Positions 44,274-54,500 of a stretch of DNA of 57,925 bases are shown here, piece by piece. The notes under the pieces are model-generated. The model saw only the letters and a program-made list of their open reading frames with translations, was not told the origin of the DNA and searched no databases. This DNA comes from an uncultured virus (IMG/VR IMGVR_UViG_3300050821_019438). Taxonomy: Duplodnaviria; Heunggongvirae; Uroviricota; Caudoviricetes. The first letter of the stretch is position 1, and each line of letters starts with the position of its first letter. The stretch is taken from IMG/VR virus record IMGVR_UViG_3300050821_019438, one strand, 5' to 3'. The position numbers and the translations under genes were made by a program.

Positions 44274-45280
44274 GACCACGCGATTCCTCCCGCCCCGTCC
44301 GCGCGAGGCAAGGTCCCGAGAGCGGCGTTGGTCCCGTCAGGCTTCTTGGAGTTGAGACCGACGAGGGGGGAGACTCCTACGGGTGGCGCGGCGCCTCCGA
44401 CGAGCGTGACGACGTTCGGGATGCCTCCTGCACTGGCCGTGTACGAGGTGTGGCCGTCACCGCCGTCCGTCAGCGTGAGCGTCCCCGTCGGGTTCGTCGG
44501 AACGTTGCCCGACGGGCCCCATCCAGTGCCCTGCATGGCTACGGTTACATCTTGACCCGCCGAGGCGTTGATCGTGACGTTCGACACAATGCTGTCGTTG
44601 CTCGATGTCCATGCCGCGACTTGGGCTGCACTCGAGGCAATCGTGATCGTATTTCCAGGAACACCGAGACCCGCCATTACGGAAGTAACGGTGAACAGAA
44701 ACGCCCCGGTGACGGTCGTGTTCCCTCCAACCTCCATCGTGGTCGCACTGAGACCGCCACCTTGTACAGAATCGCCAGTCGCCGTGACGTTGCCAGTCAC
44801 GGACACTGATTCCATGAGAAAGAAGCCGAAGCTGGCCGCACCGGTAAAGTCGAGGGTACAACTGCCAGTCACGAATACAGCGTCGAGACCGCCCGTCGGA
44901 CTTGCGCCTGACGCGATCCATCCGGCTGACAGTGTGACGTTGCCAGCGATGATAGTACCGCCCGTCCCGCCGGATTCCGCAGCGGTCACCCACACGAACG
45001 GGGCCCACGCGACATTCTCCGTGTAGGTGCCAGGGCCGACCAGAATGAGCGCAGGCAGCGCGGCGGATGGCGACAGACCCGCCGCCACCGTCATCGCCTT
45101 GCCGATGGTCAGGTAGGGCTTCTCGTCGGTCCCGTTACCGGTCGTGTCGTTTCCGCCCTTGTTCACGTTGATCGTGAACGACGCGGCAGGCAACACACCG
45201 GCTGCGCTACCCGCGAGCGCCAAGACACGCGACAGCGCTTCATCCGCTACGTTGACTCTACGGGCAAGAGGGTTTCGCAC
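44270..45280 (-). CDS. Spike/fibre-like beta-solenoid protein, paralog 1
   Basis: VNKGGNDTTGNGTDEKPYLTIGKA (DUF1565-like cap), VGPGTYTEN; G/T/S-rich. Confidence 0.7.
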   Translation of the reverse strand: MRNPLARRVNVADEALSRVLALAGSAAGVLPAASFTINVNKGGNDTTGNGTDEKPYLTIGKAMTVAAGLSPSAALPALILVGPGTYTENVAWAPFVWVTAAESGGTGGTIIAGNVTLSAGWIASGASPTGGLDAVFVTGSCTLDFTGAASFGFFLMESVSVTGNVTATGDSVQGGGLSATTMEVGGNTTVTGAFLFTVTSVMAGLGVPGNTITIASSAAQVAAWTSSNDSIVSNVTINASAGQDVTVAMQGTGWGPSGNVPTNPTGTLTLTDGGDGHTSYTASAGGIPNVVTLVGGAAPPVGVSPLVGLNSKKPDGTNAALGTLPRADGAGGIAWS

Positions 45281-45293
45281 GTTGCACTCCTGT

Positions 45294-45518
45294 TTACGTC
45301 GCTGAACGCCATCCTAGCAGAAACAGCGTCTTGTAGAGCTCGTCGTAGGGTTCCTGCTTGCGCCGTGCTTCGAGGTATTCCTGACCCTCTCTTGTCGATG
45401 CGCGGGTCGGGCGAACGCCCACGACGCGCAGCACGCGCCCGTCCGAGAGCTCCGCAGTCACGACGACCGAGCCGTCCGGGTGCTCGTGCGTAATGATCTC
45501 CCTCTTCTTCGACGTCAC
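45294..45518 (-). CDS. Hypothetical protein
   Basis: 74-aa ORF in operon. Confidence 0.55.
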   Translation of the reverse strand: MTSKKREIITHEHPDGSVVVTAELSDGRVLRVVGVRPTRASTREGQEYLEARRKQEPYDELYKTLFLLGWRSAT

Positions 45519-45522
45519 GGCA

Positions 45523-46188
45523 TCACGCCGGACGTCGTGCAGGTTTGGTCCGTTTCCGCACGGCGATATGCGGGTGTCCGGTCTCGTTCGGATAGACGCT
45601 TCCGTGACTTCCCCAGAGGTGCCGACCGAAGATCGGATGATCGCCGGGGGCCAGAGTGAATCCGTCGTAGTGCACCGGGTTGAAAGTCCGCGCCGGGAAG
45701 ACGAAGACCTCTGGGTGCTTCGCGGCTATCTCGGTCAGAAATCCGGGCCCGGTCGCTTGCCACGCGTGACGTCCCTTCACCGCTCGGTACGGTAGCGCTT
45801 TGATCAGGTCGTCCCATAGAGACTCGCCCGGGAGAGACCCTAAGTGGCCGTTGGCGACGAGTCCCGGTCGACGACTCTCGCTTTCGTAGCAAGCCCATAC
45901 CCGCGGCTCGAGGAACCGATCGTCTAGAGGTTTCAACAGGCGCGTGTCTGCGTCGATATAAATCCCTCCGTACGCGAGAAGGATTTCATAGCGCATGATG
46001 TCCGCTTTTCCGGACAGCTCACTTACTTGATCGATGAGGTACTGGAGGGTCCATTTCCGAGAATTCTCGGACCAGAGGACGTATTCTCCGCCCGGAGACG
46101 TGAACGCGCGCTCCTTCCACTCGTTCATCAGCGCACGAGGCGGTTCACGATCTCCTATCCAGATCTGGTGAAGCAGACGCGGAATCAT
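45523..46188 (-). CDS. Glycosyltransferase family 32 (OCH1-like, DxD)
   Basis: MIPRLLHQIW, ADIMRYEIL..YGGIYIDAD, TGPGFLT, HLWGS. Confidence 0.88.
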   Translation of the reverse strand: MIPRLLHQIWIGDREPPRALMNEWKERAFTSPGGEYVLWSENSRKWTLQYLIDQVSELSGKADIMRYEILLAYGGIYIDADTRLLKPLDDRFLEPRVWACYESESRRPGLVANGHLGSLPGESLWDDLIKALPYRAVKGRHAWQATGPGFLTEIAAKHPEVFVFPARTFNPVHYDGFTLAPGDHPIFGRHLWGSHGSVYPNETGHPHIAVRKRTKPARRPA

Positions 46189-46533
46189 TCACGACGTCCC
46201 GTCACCTTCCGTGACCGCGGCGCCGCCCTGGACCGATGCACCAGGGCCGAGCTCGGCGGTGTCACCGTAGGGCGTAGGCGATTCGACTTTTTGGCCCTGA
46301 CCGGGAAAGAGCGAGCTCGCCCAAAAAGACGACTCGTCCGCGATAGCTTGTCCGATTTGATTCCCGAGACTCTGGCCGGCGTCCGTGGACTTCTTGTAGA
46401 CGAGGTAAAGAACGCCGCCGACGACTGCGCAGCCGAGCAAAGCCAGGACGACATCCTGAGACGTGTTGACTGCGATCTGCCCGAGAACACTGTTGGGGTT
46501 TCGGCGGCTTCGGTGCGAACGGCGACGTCTCAT
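46189..46533 (-). CDS. NP-TM family protein
   Basis: MRRRRSHRSRRNP...TM (VVLALLGCAVVGGVLYLVYKK). Confidence 0.7.
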   Translation of the reverse strand: MRRRRSHRSRRNPNSVLGQIAVNTSQDVVLALLGCAVVGGVLYLVYKKSTDAGQSLGNQIGQAIADESSFWASSLFPGQGQKVESPTPYGDTAELGPGASVQGGAAVTEGDGTS

Positions 46534-46733
46534 CCGTGCACCAGTCGCCCGTCAGGCACCTTCACGATCTCGTGATTGAGCCCTCGAGCCTCGCTCTTCG
46601 CGCACTCGATGCACGCGATGAACACGTGCGCGGGCGAGACGTAAAGAATCGCTCGTGCGGCGTTCTCCGGGACCGGCTTACGGCAAGTCGAGCACGTCGC
46701 TTCGCCGCGGAGGATTTGCGCGTCGGTTATCAT
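46530..46733 (-). CDS. Small Zn-finger protein
   Basis: CSTC...CIEC. Confidence 0.6.
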   Translation of the reverse strand: MITDAQILRGEATCSTCRKPVPENAARAILYVSPAHVFIACIECAKSEARGLNHEIVKVPDGRLVHG

Positions 46734-47389
46734 ACTTGACCGTAGGATCCTGGGATAGGTGGCGGTCCTGATTTGCCCAATACGGGTAGTGGCTGAAGGG
46801 GATACGTTGAGGGTGGCGATAATGGCGTCAACAGAGCTGGGTCTAACCCTCCGGTGCTCGAAGCGGGTCCGAGTGGCGCGTTTCCGGTATTTACGAATTG
46901 TCCCTGCTCAGAAGTATTGGCTTCCGGCGATGCTACTCCTCCTGTTTCGGCCGCAGCCGCATCGACTTGAGCCGCCCAGATGAGGTACCCGACGAGCCCC
47001 AGCGCTACAACGCCGCCAGCGATCAGTAGGAGATCCGTTCCGGTGATCTTGGCATCGACCTCGATTGGATTTTCATCCGGAAGTTCGCTCCATTCGTAAG
47101 GTCCCTGCGGAACGTACTCGCGGTTCATCTTGAGAAAGTCTTTGATGTCTTCCTGCTGCTCTTTGTTGTAGTGCCCCCACCATCCGGGTGACCCGAGCCA
47201 AATCCAGTCGGCGATGCTGGTCTGCTTCGAGCCGTAGTGCCCGTAGCGGGGCGGAACGTAGTCGTGGTGCGCGTCCTGGAGATCTCGAGGCTGCTGCCCC
47301 GGTCGCATCTTGTACGGGATGCCCCAGAGCTGCATCTCGCGGTCCCGGTAGAGCACCTGGACGGTGTCGAGCGGGAGTGCGTCGCTCAT
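46730..47389 (-). CDS. NP-TM family protein with aromatic N-domain
   Basis: DENPIEVDAKITGTDLLLIAGGVVALGLVGYLIW. Confidence 0.7.
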   Translation of the reverse strand: MSDALPLDTVQVLYRDREMQLWGIPYKMRPGQQPRDLQDAHHDYVPPRYGHYGSKQTSIADWIWLGSPGWWGHYNKEQQEDIKDFLKMNREYVPQGPYEWSELPDENPIEVDAKITGTDLLLIAGGVVALGLVGYLIWAAQVDAAAAETGGVASPEANTSEQGQFVNTGNAPLGPASSTGGLDPALLTPLSPPSTYPLQPLPVLGKSGPPPIPGSYGQV

Positions 47390-47898
47390 GCTGCGCTCAC
47401 ATACGAAAGCGGCAGGGTGATCGCCTGACCGTACGACACGCCGCTGTTCGGGTCGTCGGGTGATTGTCCGGTCACGAAGAACGACACGTTGCCGGCCGGT
47501 GACAGGGGAATGTAGACCGTCCCGGTGATCGTCGACGCGAGTCCATAGGAGGTCATCGCGAGGGCTTTCACCGTGCTGAGCAGGGCCGGGGTCGTCGTGT
47601 TGCTCTGGTCGCCCCAAAAGTAGCCGGCGCCGAGAAACGCCCCAGTCCAGGTGGGCGGCGTGACGGTGCCGGGCTCCCCCGCCGCGACGCTGACGGGCGG
47701 GCTCGAGGGGGCTTGGCTGGCGCTGAGAAGCAGGTACGCGACGTAGCCCGCTGCGCCGACGCCCGCCACGATGAGTCCGAGCTCGAGGGGGGTTAGCCCG
47801 AGCGGCAGAGGATTCCGCTCCCAGCGCCGGCCGACCTTTCGGTAGCGGACCGTACGGCCGCCGGGACGAACCGAAATGAAGGTCTGCGGGCGGTTCAT
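47386..47898 (-). CDS. NP-TM family protein
   Basis: ERNPLPLGLTPLELGLIVAGVGAAGYVAYLLL. Confidence 0.7.
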   Translation of the reverse strand: MNRPQTFISVRPGGRTVRYRKVGRRWERNPLPLGLTPLELGLIVAGVGAAGYVAYLLLSASQAPSSPPVSVAAGEPGTVTPPTWTGAFLGAGYFWGDQSNTTTPALLSTVKALAMTSYGLASTITGTVYIPLSPAGNVSFFVTGQSPDDPNSGVSYGQAITLPLSYVSAA

Positions 47899-47902
47899 GG
47901 TG

Positions 47903-48907
47903 TCACGGAATCGGATGAGCGTTCGTTGTGTTCGCTGCGATGCGGTCGAAGGCTTCCTGCTCGGTCGTCGGCGGAGGCGCGACCCAGTTGCCGGGGACCG
48001 CAGGCGTGTAGCCGATACCGTGCGCGTCCGTGAGCAGGATGGGAGGTGGAGCTCCTCCAGCCAAAGTGATGACGGGAGGAACGCCTCCAGCGGTAGCAGA
48101 GTAACTCGTACCGGCTCCGTTGAGGTGAAGTGGACCGGTGCAGCCAGACGAGACTGTTGCTGTAACCGGCATACCCGCTGTCGAATCGACGGTGACCGAA
48201 GACTGGACCACGTCTCCTTGTGAATTCCAAACAGCAGGCTGAGCTGCCGTAGATACGATACTGATCGGAGACCCTGTCCCATACTCGACGCCCTGAGATA
48301 TAAAACTAGCGCCAGATATGCTTACTGGTGCACCAAGGATAGTACCGGGAGGCAGATAAACGTCGCCGCCGTTGACTGGATCACCAATAACTGACAGCGC
48401 CCCTCCGAACACAACTGGTTGTCCGAAAACGAATTCGCCGAAAGAAGCTGCGCCGGTAAAGTTGATCGTGACGTCTCCTGCGGTAATTACGCTCTCCACG
48501 CCACCGACAGTGAACCCGCTAGTATCGGCTAACCAGCTCGGTGCTAGTGAAATAGACGATCCTGCTCCTGTTCCGACCGTAACTGTGTTACCGGCCTCGA
48601 AGCCGGCCACCCATACAAATGGTGGCATAACGAGGTTTTCGACGTAGGCTCCCGGACCTACGAGAATGAGAGCAGGGTTCGCAAACGTTGGACTATACGT
48701 CGGTGCGACCGCCAGCGCTTTTCCGATTGTCAGATACGGCCTCTCGTCCGTACCGTCGCCGGTTGCGTCGTTACCTCCCTTACTGACGTTGAGCGTCAGC
48801 GACGCGTTGGGAAGCACGCCTCCGCCTGCGCCGCCGGCCAGGGCCTGTACTCGCAGAAGCGCTTCATCAGCTACGGTCTTGGCTCTTCTGGCAAGGACAC
48901 TTCTCAT
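47903..48907 (-). CDS. Spike/fibre-like beta-solenoid protein, paralog 2
   Basis: MRSVLARRAKTVADEALLRV...VSKGGNDATGDGTDERPYLTIGKA; homologous to 44270-45280. Confidence 0.72.
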   Translation of the reverse strand: MRSVLARRAKTVADEALLRVQALAGGAGGGVLPNASLTLNVSKGGNDATGDGTDERPYLTIGKALAVAPTYSPTFANPALILVGPGAYVENLVMPPFVWVAGFEAGNTVTVGTGAGSSISLAPSWLADTSGFTVGGVESVITAGDVTINFTGAASFGEFVFGQPVVFGGALSVIGDPVNGGDVYLPPGTILGAPVSISGASFISQGVEYGTGSPISIVSTAAQPAVWNSQGDVVQSSVTVDSTAGMPVTATVSSGCTGPLHLNGAGTSYSATAGGVPPVITLAGGAPPPILLTDAHGIGYTPAVPGNWVAPPPTTEQEAFDRIAANTTNAHPIP

Positions 48908-49329
48908 GCGCTTGGTGCCACCGGCAGCGGTGACCCTCCTGGAACGTAGGGTTGCGGCGTTGGGGTTCCCCCGAGAATGTTCGTCGCGCTCAGAAGAACC
49001 GAGGCGTTCGGTGCGGGATTCGGCGTACCAGGATATCCGTTCGCAGCGGCCGTCGCCTGCTCCTGATTGGCCTGCTGCTGGTTCCAGATGAGGTAGCCGA
49101 CGAGACCGACCGCGGCGATACCGCCGATAGCGAGCAGAATGTCGGTGCCGGAGAGACCGAACGGATTGCGCGAGGTCTTCTGAAGTGACTGGCCGGTTCG
49201 TAGACGCCAGTCGAGCTCCGCCGGACCGATGCCTTCGCTTTGAAGTCGCGTCGCGACGTGCACCGGATCGCGATAACCCGCACGTCGCAGCATGCCGGCC
49301 ATCCGCACGCGTTCTTGCTGCGAATTCAC
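48904..49329 (-). CDS. NP-TM family protein
   Basis: SRNPFGLSGTDILLAIGGIAAVGLVGYLIW. Confidence 0.7.
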   Translation of the reverse strand: MNSQQERVRMAGMLRRAGYRDPVHVATRLQSEGIGPAELDWRLRTGQSLQKTSRNPFGLSGTDILLAIGGIAAVGLVGYLIWNQQQANQEQATAAANGYPGTPNPAPNASVLLSATNILGGTPTPQPYVPGGSPLPVAPSA

Positions 49330-49739
49330 AGGACTCCGGCAATCGCGGTCAGCGCCGCGGTGTTCTGGAGCGTGTCCGAGGTGTTCGCTCCGTCGGGATT
49401 GAGGGCCTTGTACGCCATCGTCACGCCCAAGCCGATCAAGACGACCGACGCGACGCCCCCGACGATGAGCTCGGTCGTCGATGGGGCAGGATTGGGTTTG
49501 TAGTGATTTGCGGTGAGCTGCGTGTTGAGCTCTCGTTTTGCACCTTTCGGCACCGACCTGAGCCACGGATCGCGTGAGTCAGGACGAACGGCGTACCAAA
49601 CACCTCGAGTGCTGCGCTTCATGTACTCGACGCTTCCGTCCGGCTGGGTCGACGCCGAATAACGCGTCCCCCCGTACTCGACTTCGGCGTGGTCCTGCCA
49701 GAAACCGGACGGCGCGTAGTAGGTCTTTCCCTCGCTCAT
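49326..49739 (-). CDS. NP-TM family protein
   Basis: KPNPAPSTTELIVGGVASVVLIGLGVTMAYK. Confidence 0.7.
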   Translation of the reverse strand: MSEGKTYYAPSGFWQDHAEVEYGGTRYSASTQPDGSVEYMKRSTRGVWYAVRPDSRDPWLRSVPKGAKRELNTQLTANHYKPNPAPSTTELIVGGVASVVLIGLGVTMAYKALNPDGANTSDTLQNTAALTAIAGVL

Positions 49740-50008
49740 CGACGCCCGCGCCGCTTCGCGCGCCTCTTCGCTCGGCGCTTCACGCGCTTCACGCGCTTCG
49801 CCGGTTTCGCCTTCTCGGGCGGCACGTACTTGAGCCGCGTGCCCTTGATGGTGAGGCTCCGGCCCCCGGTCTTGTCCAGACGAGCTCCTGCGAATCGCTG
49901 CGCGGTCTCCATCTTTCGAAACCGTTTGATCGTTCGCCCGCCCTTCGTGCAAACGACGTAGCCGTTCGGCTCGATGTGAATGACCAGTCCACTGCCGCGC
50001 TTCTTCAT
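49736..50008 (-). CDS. Very basic protein (possible DNA-condensing core protein)
   Basis: C-terminus KRVKRVKRRAKRRAKRRGRR. Confidence 0.65.
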   Translation of the reverse strand: MKKRGSGLVIHIEPNGYVVCTKGGRTIKRFRKMETAQRFAGARLDKTGGRSLTIKGTRLKYVPPEKAKPAKRVKRVKRRAKRRAKRRGRR

Positions 50009-50022
50009 GAGCTCTCTCCCTT

Positions 50023-50193
50023 TCAGGTGCCCGCACCTGTCATCGGCGCGGCGGGCGGCGCTGCTGCCGCTGCGTTCTCTTGCGACTTCATCCAAAAGGA
50101 GAAGCCGAGTGCCCCGACCGCAATGATCCCGACGGCGATGCGGAGCATGTCCTCCGCTTCGCCGGAGAAGGGATTACGCCGGTTGCGTCGCAT
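50023..50193 (-). CDS. Minimal NP-TM protein (56 aa, not in ORF track)
   Basis: GGAGG RBS; MRRNRRNPFSGEAEDMLRIAVGIIAVGALGFSFWMK. Confidence 0.7.
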   Translation of the reverse strand: MRRNRRNPFSGEAEDMLRIAVGIIAVGALGFSFWMKSQENAAAAAPPAAPMTGAGT

Positions 50194-50218
50194 GGATGAC
50201 CTCCGTGCCGCAAGGCGT

Positions 50219-50503
50219 TCAGGACGAGAGGCCGACCTGCTGGAGCGGAGCTCCCGGAATCGGGTTGCCCTGCGCGTCGAAGAGCGGTGCGGCGCTGCCG
50301 TACGCGCCAGACGCCGCCACCTGTGCGCCCGCGGGAAGAGCTCCCGCTGCGGCCGGCGTTCCGTACTTCTGGTAGATCAGGTACCCGCCGAGACCCAGCA
50401 CGGCGACGCCCACGGCGATGCCTCCGTAGAGCTCCATCGGGGTGAGCGGGTTCGCGCGGTAGTAGCTCGCGGGCCTGAGCAGCTTGTGACGTCGTCGTGC
50501 CAT
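50219..50503 (-). CDS. NP-TM family protein
   Basis: MARRRH...RANPLTPMELYGGIAVGVAVLGLGGYLIYQK. Confidence 0.75.
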   Translation of the reverse strand: MARRRHKLLRPASYYRANPLTPMELYGGIAVGVAVLGLGGYLIYQKYGTPAAAGALPAGAQVAASGAYGSAAPLFDAQGNPIPGAPLQQVGLSS

Positions 50504-50560
50504 GGGCGGGTCTCTCCTATAGGTCTTGACCGCCTCTGCGGCCGTGCTTAGCAGCGTACC

Positions 50561-50935
50561 CTAGTCCAGGAAAATCGTCATCTTCTGACCTACAGTGACT
50601 CCGTGCCTGACGGCCCACCCTCCGTTGACCTCCAAGACCGTCGTCGACGGCCTGCCGACGCCCTGCCGGCGCTCGTCCATGGGTTCGAGGGTGAGCACAC
50701 CAACGACCAGGTCTCGATCTGCGAAGATGAGGTCGAGTGGAATTTTCGTGTGTCTCATCCAAAATAAATGCGTGTCTCTTCGGCCCATCCAAAAGATCAT
50801 ACCCGAGTCTTCTGCAAGAGACGTCCGACCCATCAAGCCGCGCGCCATCTCCTCCGGTTCGGTCGCAATCTCCACACGCACGGTCGGGCCCTGCTGCACG
50901 CACCCTTTCGTGAACCTCACAAGCCCCGGCGTCAC
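50561..50935 (-). CDS. DUF192 family protein
   Basis: VEIA....ARGLMGR......GMIF, FWMRHT.IPLDLIF, VLEVNGG. Confidence 0.85.
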   Translation of the reverse strand: MTPGLVRFTKGCVQQGPTVRVEIATEPEEMARGLMGRTSLAEDSGMIFWMGRRDTHLFWMRHTKIPLDLIFADRDLVVGVLTLEPMDERRQGVGRPSTTVLEVNGGWAVRHGVTVGQKMTIFLD

Positions 50936-51169
50936 GTGTCCACCGCGACGATGGCACCGATACACGGAGCAGAGCCACACCTCATACAGCCTAGCTCCGA
51001 CCAAATACCTCCGAGTACCTTGTCGGTGGCGTCGTCGACGCACTCCAGACAAACACGCTCACGCTTGCCTCGGTCGCGCGCGTCGCGCTCGGCCGCTTTC
51101 CTGTAGAGCGAGTCGGCTTGAAGCCCAACCTGACGGCCTCGTTCGCGCGGAGACACCGAAGCAGCCACG

Positions 51170-51526
51170 TCACCCTGCCTGCAAGAGGCGCTCGACCGTG
51201 TACATGTACTTCGCCGCAAGACTGTCGCCAGGAATCGCTCCGCCGGGCGGGAGTGAACCGAGACCAGTGGGTTGCGCAGGAGGTGTTGGTGTTGGAACCT
51301 CAGGCAGCGCCGCTACGGACTGTGTCGTCGCACGCGTCATCAGGTAGACGAGAAACCCCGCAGCGACCGCAGTGACACCGATGATGGCGACGAGCGCGAC
51401 CGGGGAGAGCTCGAGTGGGTTGGCGTGGTCCTGACCCTGTCCATAGACCTCCAAGACCGGGTTCTTTTTGCTCTTGCCAGAGCCGTAGACCTTCACCTTG
51501 TACGCCACGCCCGAAGCGTACCTCAA
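51170..51526 (-). CDS. NP-TM family protein
   Basis: HANPLELSPVALVAIIGVTAVAAGFLVYLM. Confidence 0.7.
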   Translation of the reverse strand: MRYASGVAYKVKVYGSGKSKKNPVLEVYGQGQDHANPLELSPVALVAIIGVTAVAAGFLVYLMTRATTQSVAALPEVPTPTPPAQPTGLGSLPPGGAIPGDSLAAKYMYTVERLLQAG

Positions 51527-54500
51527 CGACGCCGACGTTTCACCGGTTTCCGTGGCTTCTTCGCAGGCTTCTTCCGTCGCGTAGGATTCGCCTTCGGAAG
51601 CACGCGCACGCGCACGTCCGGCTTCGGCTGCGTCAGAGCCACGCCAATTGCGATGCCGGCGGCAAGGACGAGCGCACCTCCGGCGACCCAGACCCAGAGC
51701 GGGATCTTCGACGAGAAGAACGTCGTCGGCGGCATCGGCTCGTTCAACTGCCCCAGGAACGCGTCGCTCGCCTCGAGAATCGCAAGTCGTTGCTCTTCGG
51801 TGAGCGCCGACGGGTCGATGATAGGCGGCAAATCGAACGGCGCGTACTCAACGACGGGTCCGTCTGACTCGGCCGGAACTTCGATGACCGTGAACGTCTC
51901 GCGGCCCTTGGTCTCGACGGCAACGTAGACCGGCTTCTCGACGACGTAGTATTCGGCCTCGAATGCCGGTTCCTCTGCATAACCCGAATCCCCCGTCTCT
52001 TCATTGACCTGCCTCCGGAGAGACTCGAGTTTGTCGTAGTCCGGCGGGCTGAACGGGTGCTTCCACGCCTCTTCGACTTTCTCGCGCCACCAGTTGCCGA
52101 ACCCGGTCGCGGCTCCACCTGCCTGAGCGCGCGTGGGCTGAGGCGGAGGCGGCGGGGGAGGAGGCGGCGGAGTCGGCTTCTTCGGGAGAATCTCTTCCTG
52201 GGGACCAATGAGCGAGATATAGAGCTTGAGGAAAACCGGAGCCGGAAACCCGTGCTCTTCGATGAACGTCGTCGTAGGCGTGAAAACGATGTCTTCGCCC
52301 GACGTCGGAATCGAGACCCAAAGCGGCTCGTGAATCCAAAGCACCGAGCCGTACTCGTCCACGATAGTCGGCGTAGTGGGTGGGACGAACTCCTCGGAGA
52401 CCGGCGGCGACGCAAAGAGCGCATCGACCGCGGTCCACTGCCACGCCGCGTACTCGTCCACAGGTAGACTCTGGATGAACTCCTCGTCGACGAACGGGAC
52501 CGCAACCCACACCGCCTCCGTCGGGGTCCAGATCCAACCCGGGGACTCCTCAAGTGGAAGTGCTCCGGCGAACTCTTCGTCGATGGTCACCGTAATCCAC
52601 GGAACTTCGATCGACGCCCATTGCCAGCCGGGCGGCTCTTCGAGCGGCAACGCTCCGGCGAACTCTTCGTCTCCCGCGAAGGCCGTCGACGCGAGCTCGG
52701 ACAGAATGAACGAAAACGTCGGTTGCTCGTCAATCGCGAACGATCCGGCAAACTCCTCGGGTACAGCGAGGAAGATCCCCTGCGGCTCCGGCGCAATCCA
52801 CGTGGGCTGATTTGGTTGCTCGTCGACGACGAACGGCGCCCAATATGCCTCTTCGATGGGGTAGGTGATCCACGGGACTTCAAGCGGGACCCACACCCAA
52901 CCGGGCGGCTCCTCGAACGGAAGAGAACCCTCGAAGTCCTCCGGGATGCTCGCGAAGATGCCGAATGGCTCCGGTGCAATCCACGTCGGCTGATTCGGCT
53001 GCTCGTCGACGAAGATGTTCGTTCCGACGGACACGTCTTCCGCGATGGACGGGAACTGCGCATCCGGAATCGTCGGCGTCCACGTCGGCAGCGTGGGCTG
53101 CTCGTCGACGACGAACGGTGCCCAGTACGCCTCTTCGATGGGCGCTGTGATCCACGGGGTCTCGAGCGTGAACGCGACCCAGCCAGGCGGCTCTTCGAGC
53201 GGCAACGCGCCGTTGAATTCCTCGGGTACGCTTGGCGCGAACGCGTCGGGGATCGTCGCTGTCCACTGCCACGCAGGAGATTCGTCGAAGGGTATTGAGC
53301 CGGCGAAGTCTTCCGGGATGCTTGCGAACTGCGCGTCAGGAATTGTCGGCGTCCAGATCCACGCCGGAGGCTCTTCGAGTGGGAGGCTGCCGGCGAAGTC
53401 TTCCGGGATGCTTGCGAACTGCGCGTCCGGAATCGTCGGCGTCCAGATCCACGCCGGAGGCTCCTCGAGAGGCAAGCTCCCTTGGAACTCTTCAGGTGAC
53501 GTCGGCGCTTGAGGAACGAGATCATTTGCAATCCATAGAAACGTCCCGGCTTCCTCCGTCGGGTGAGCTCCGCTGAAGTCTTCGCCGCCCGACGTTGCGA
53601 TGGGGAGAATGTCCAGGATGACGAGCGAGAACGTGGGCTGCTCGTCAAGTGGATTGAAGCCAGCAAACTCCTCGGGGATAGATGGAAATTGCGCATCCGG
53701 GATCGTCGGCGTCCACGTAGGAAGCGTCGGCTGCTCATCGACGACGAACGGCCCCCAGAAGAGCTCTTCAATGGGTCGAACGATCCAAGGCACCTCAAGC
53801 GGCACCCAGATCCAACCCGGCGGCTCTTCGAGCGGCAGGCTGCCTGCGAACTCCTCCGGAATCGACGGCGCGAACGCGTCTGGAATCGTAGGTGTCCACG
53901 TCGGCAGTGTGGGTTGTTCGTCGACGACGAACGGAGCCCAATAGGCTTCTTCGATAGGTGCTGTGATCCACGGCGTCTCAAGAGGCACCCAGATCCAACC
54001 CGGCGGCTCTTCAAGCGGGAGGCTGCCCGCGAACTCCTCCGGAATCGACGGCGCGAACGCGTCCGGAATCGTAGGTGTCCACGTCGGCAGCGTGGGCTGC
54101 TCATCGAGAAGGAAGAAGCCGGCGAAGTCCTCATTGATCGGGTACGTGATCCACGGAGTCTCAAGCGGCACCCAGATCCAACCGGGCGGCTCTTCGAGTG
54201 ACAAGCTCCCGGCAAACTCCTCCGGAATACTGGCGAAGATACCAAACGACTCTGGTGCAACCCACGTCGGCCACCCAGGAGCTTCGTCGAAAGGAATACT
54301 CCCTTGGAAATCTTCCGGGATGCTTGCAAAGATGCCAAACGGCTCCGGCGGAATCCAAGTAGGTTGATTGGGCTGCTCATCGACGTTGAAAGGACCCCAG
54401 AAGAGCTCTTCAATGGGTCGAACAATCCACGGCACTTCGAGCGGCACCCAAATCCAACCGGGAGGCTCTTCAAGAGGCAAGCTACCGGCGAAATCTTCCG

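Noticed and set aside
46189..51526. NP-TM proteins as type IV prepilins (GLTPLE resembles GFTLIE)
   Set aside because: Most members lack Gly at -1 and Phe at +1, and S/T-P-x-E is a generic helix cap; no pilus machinery is in the window
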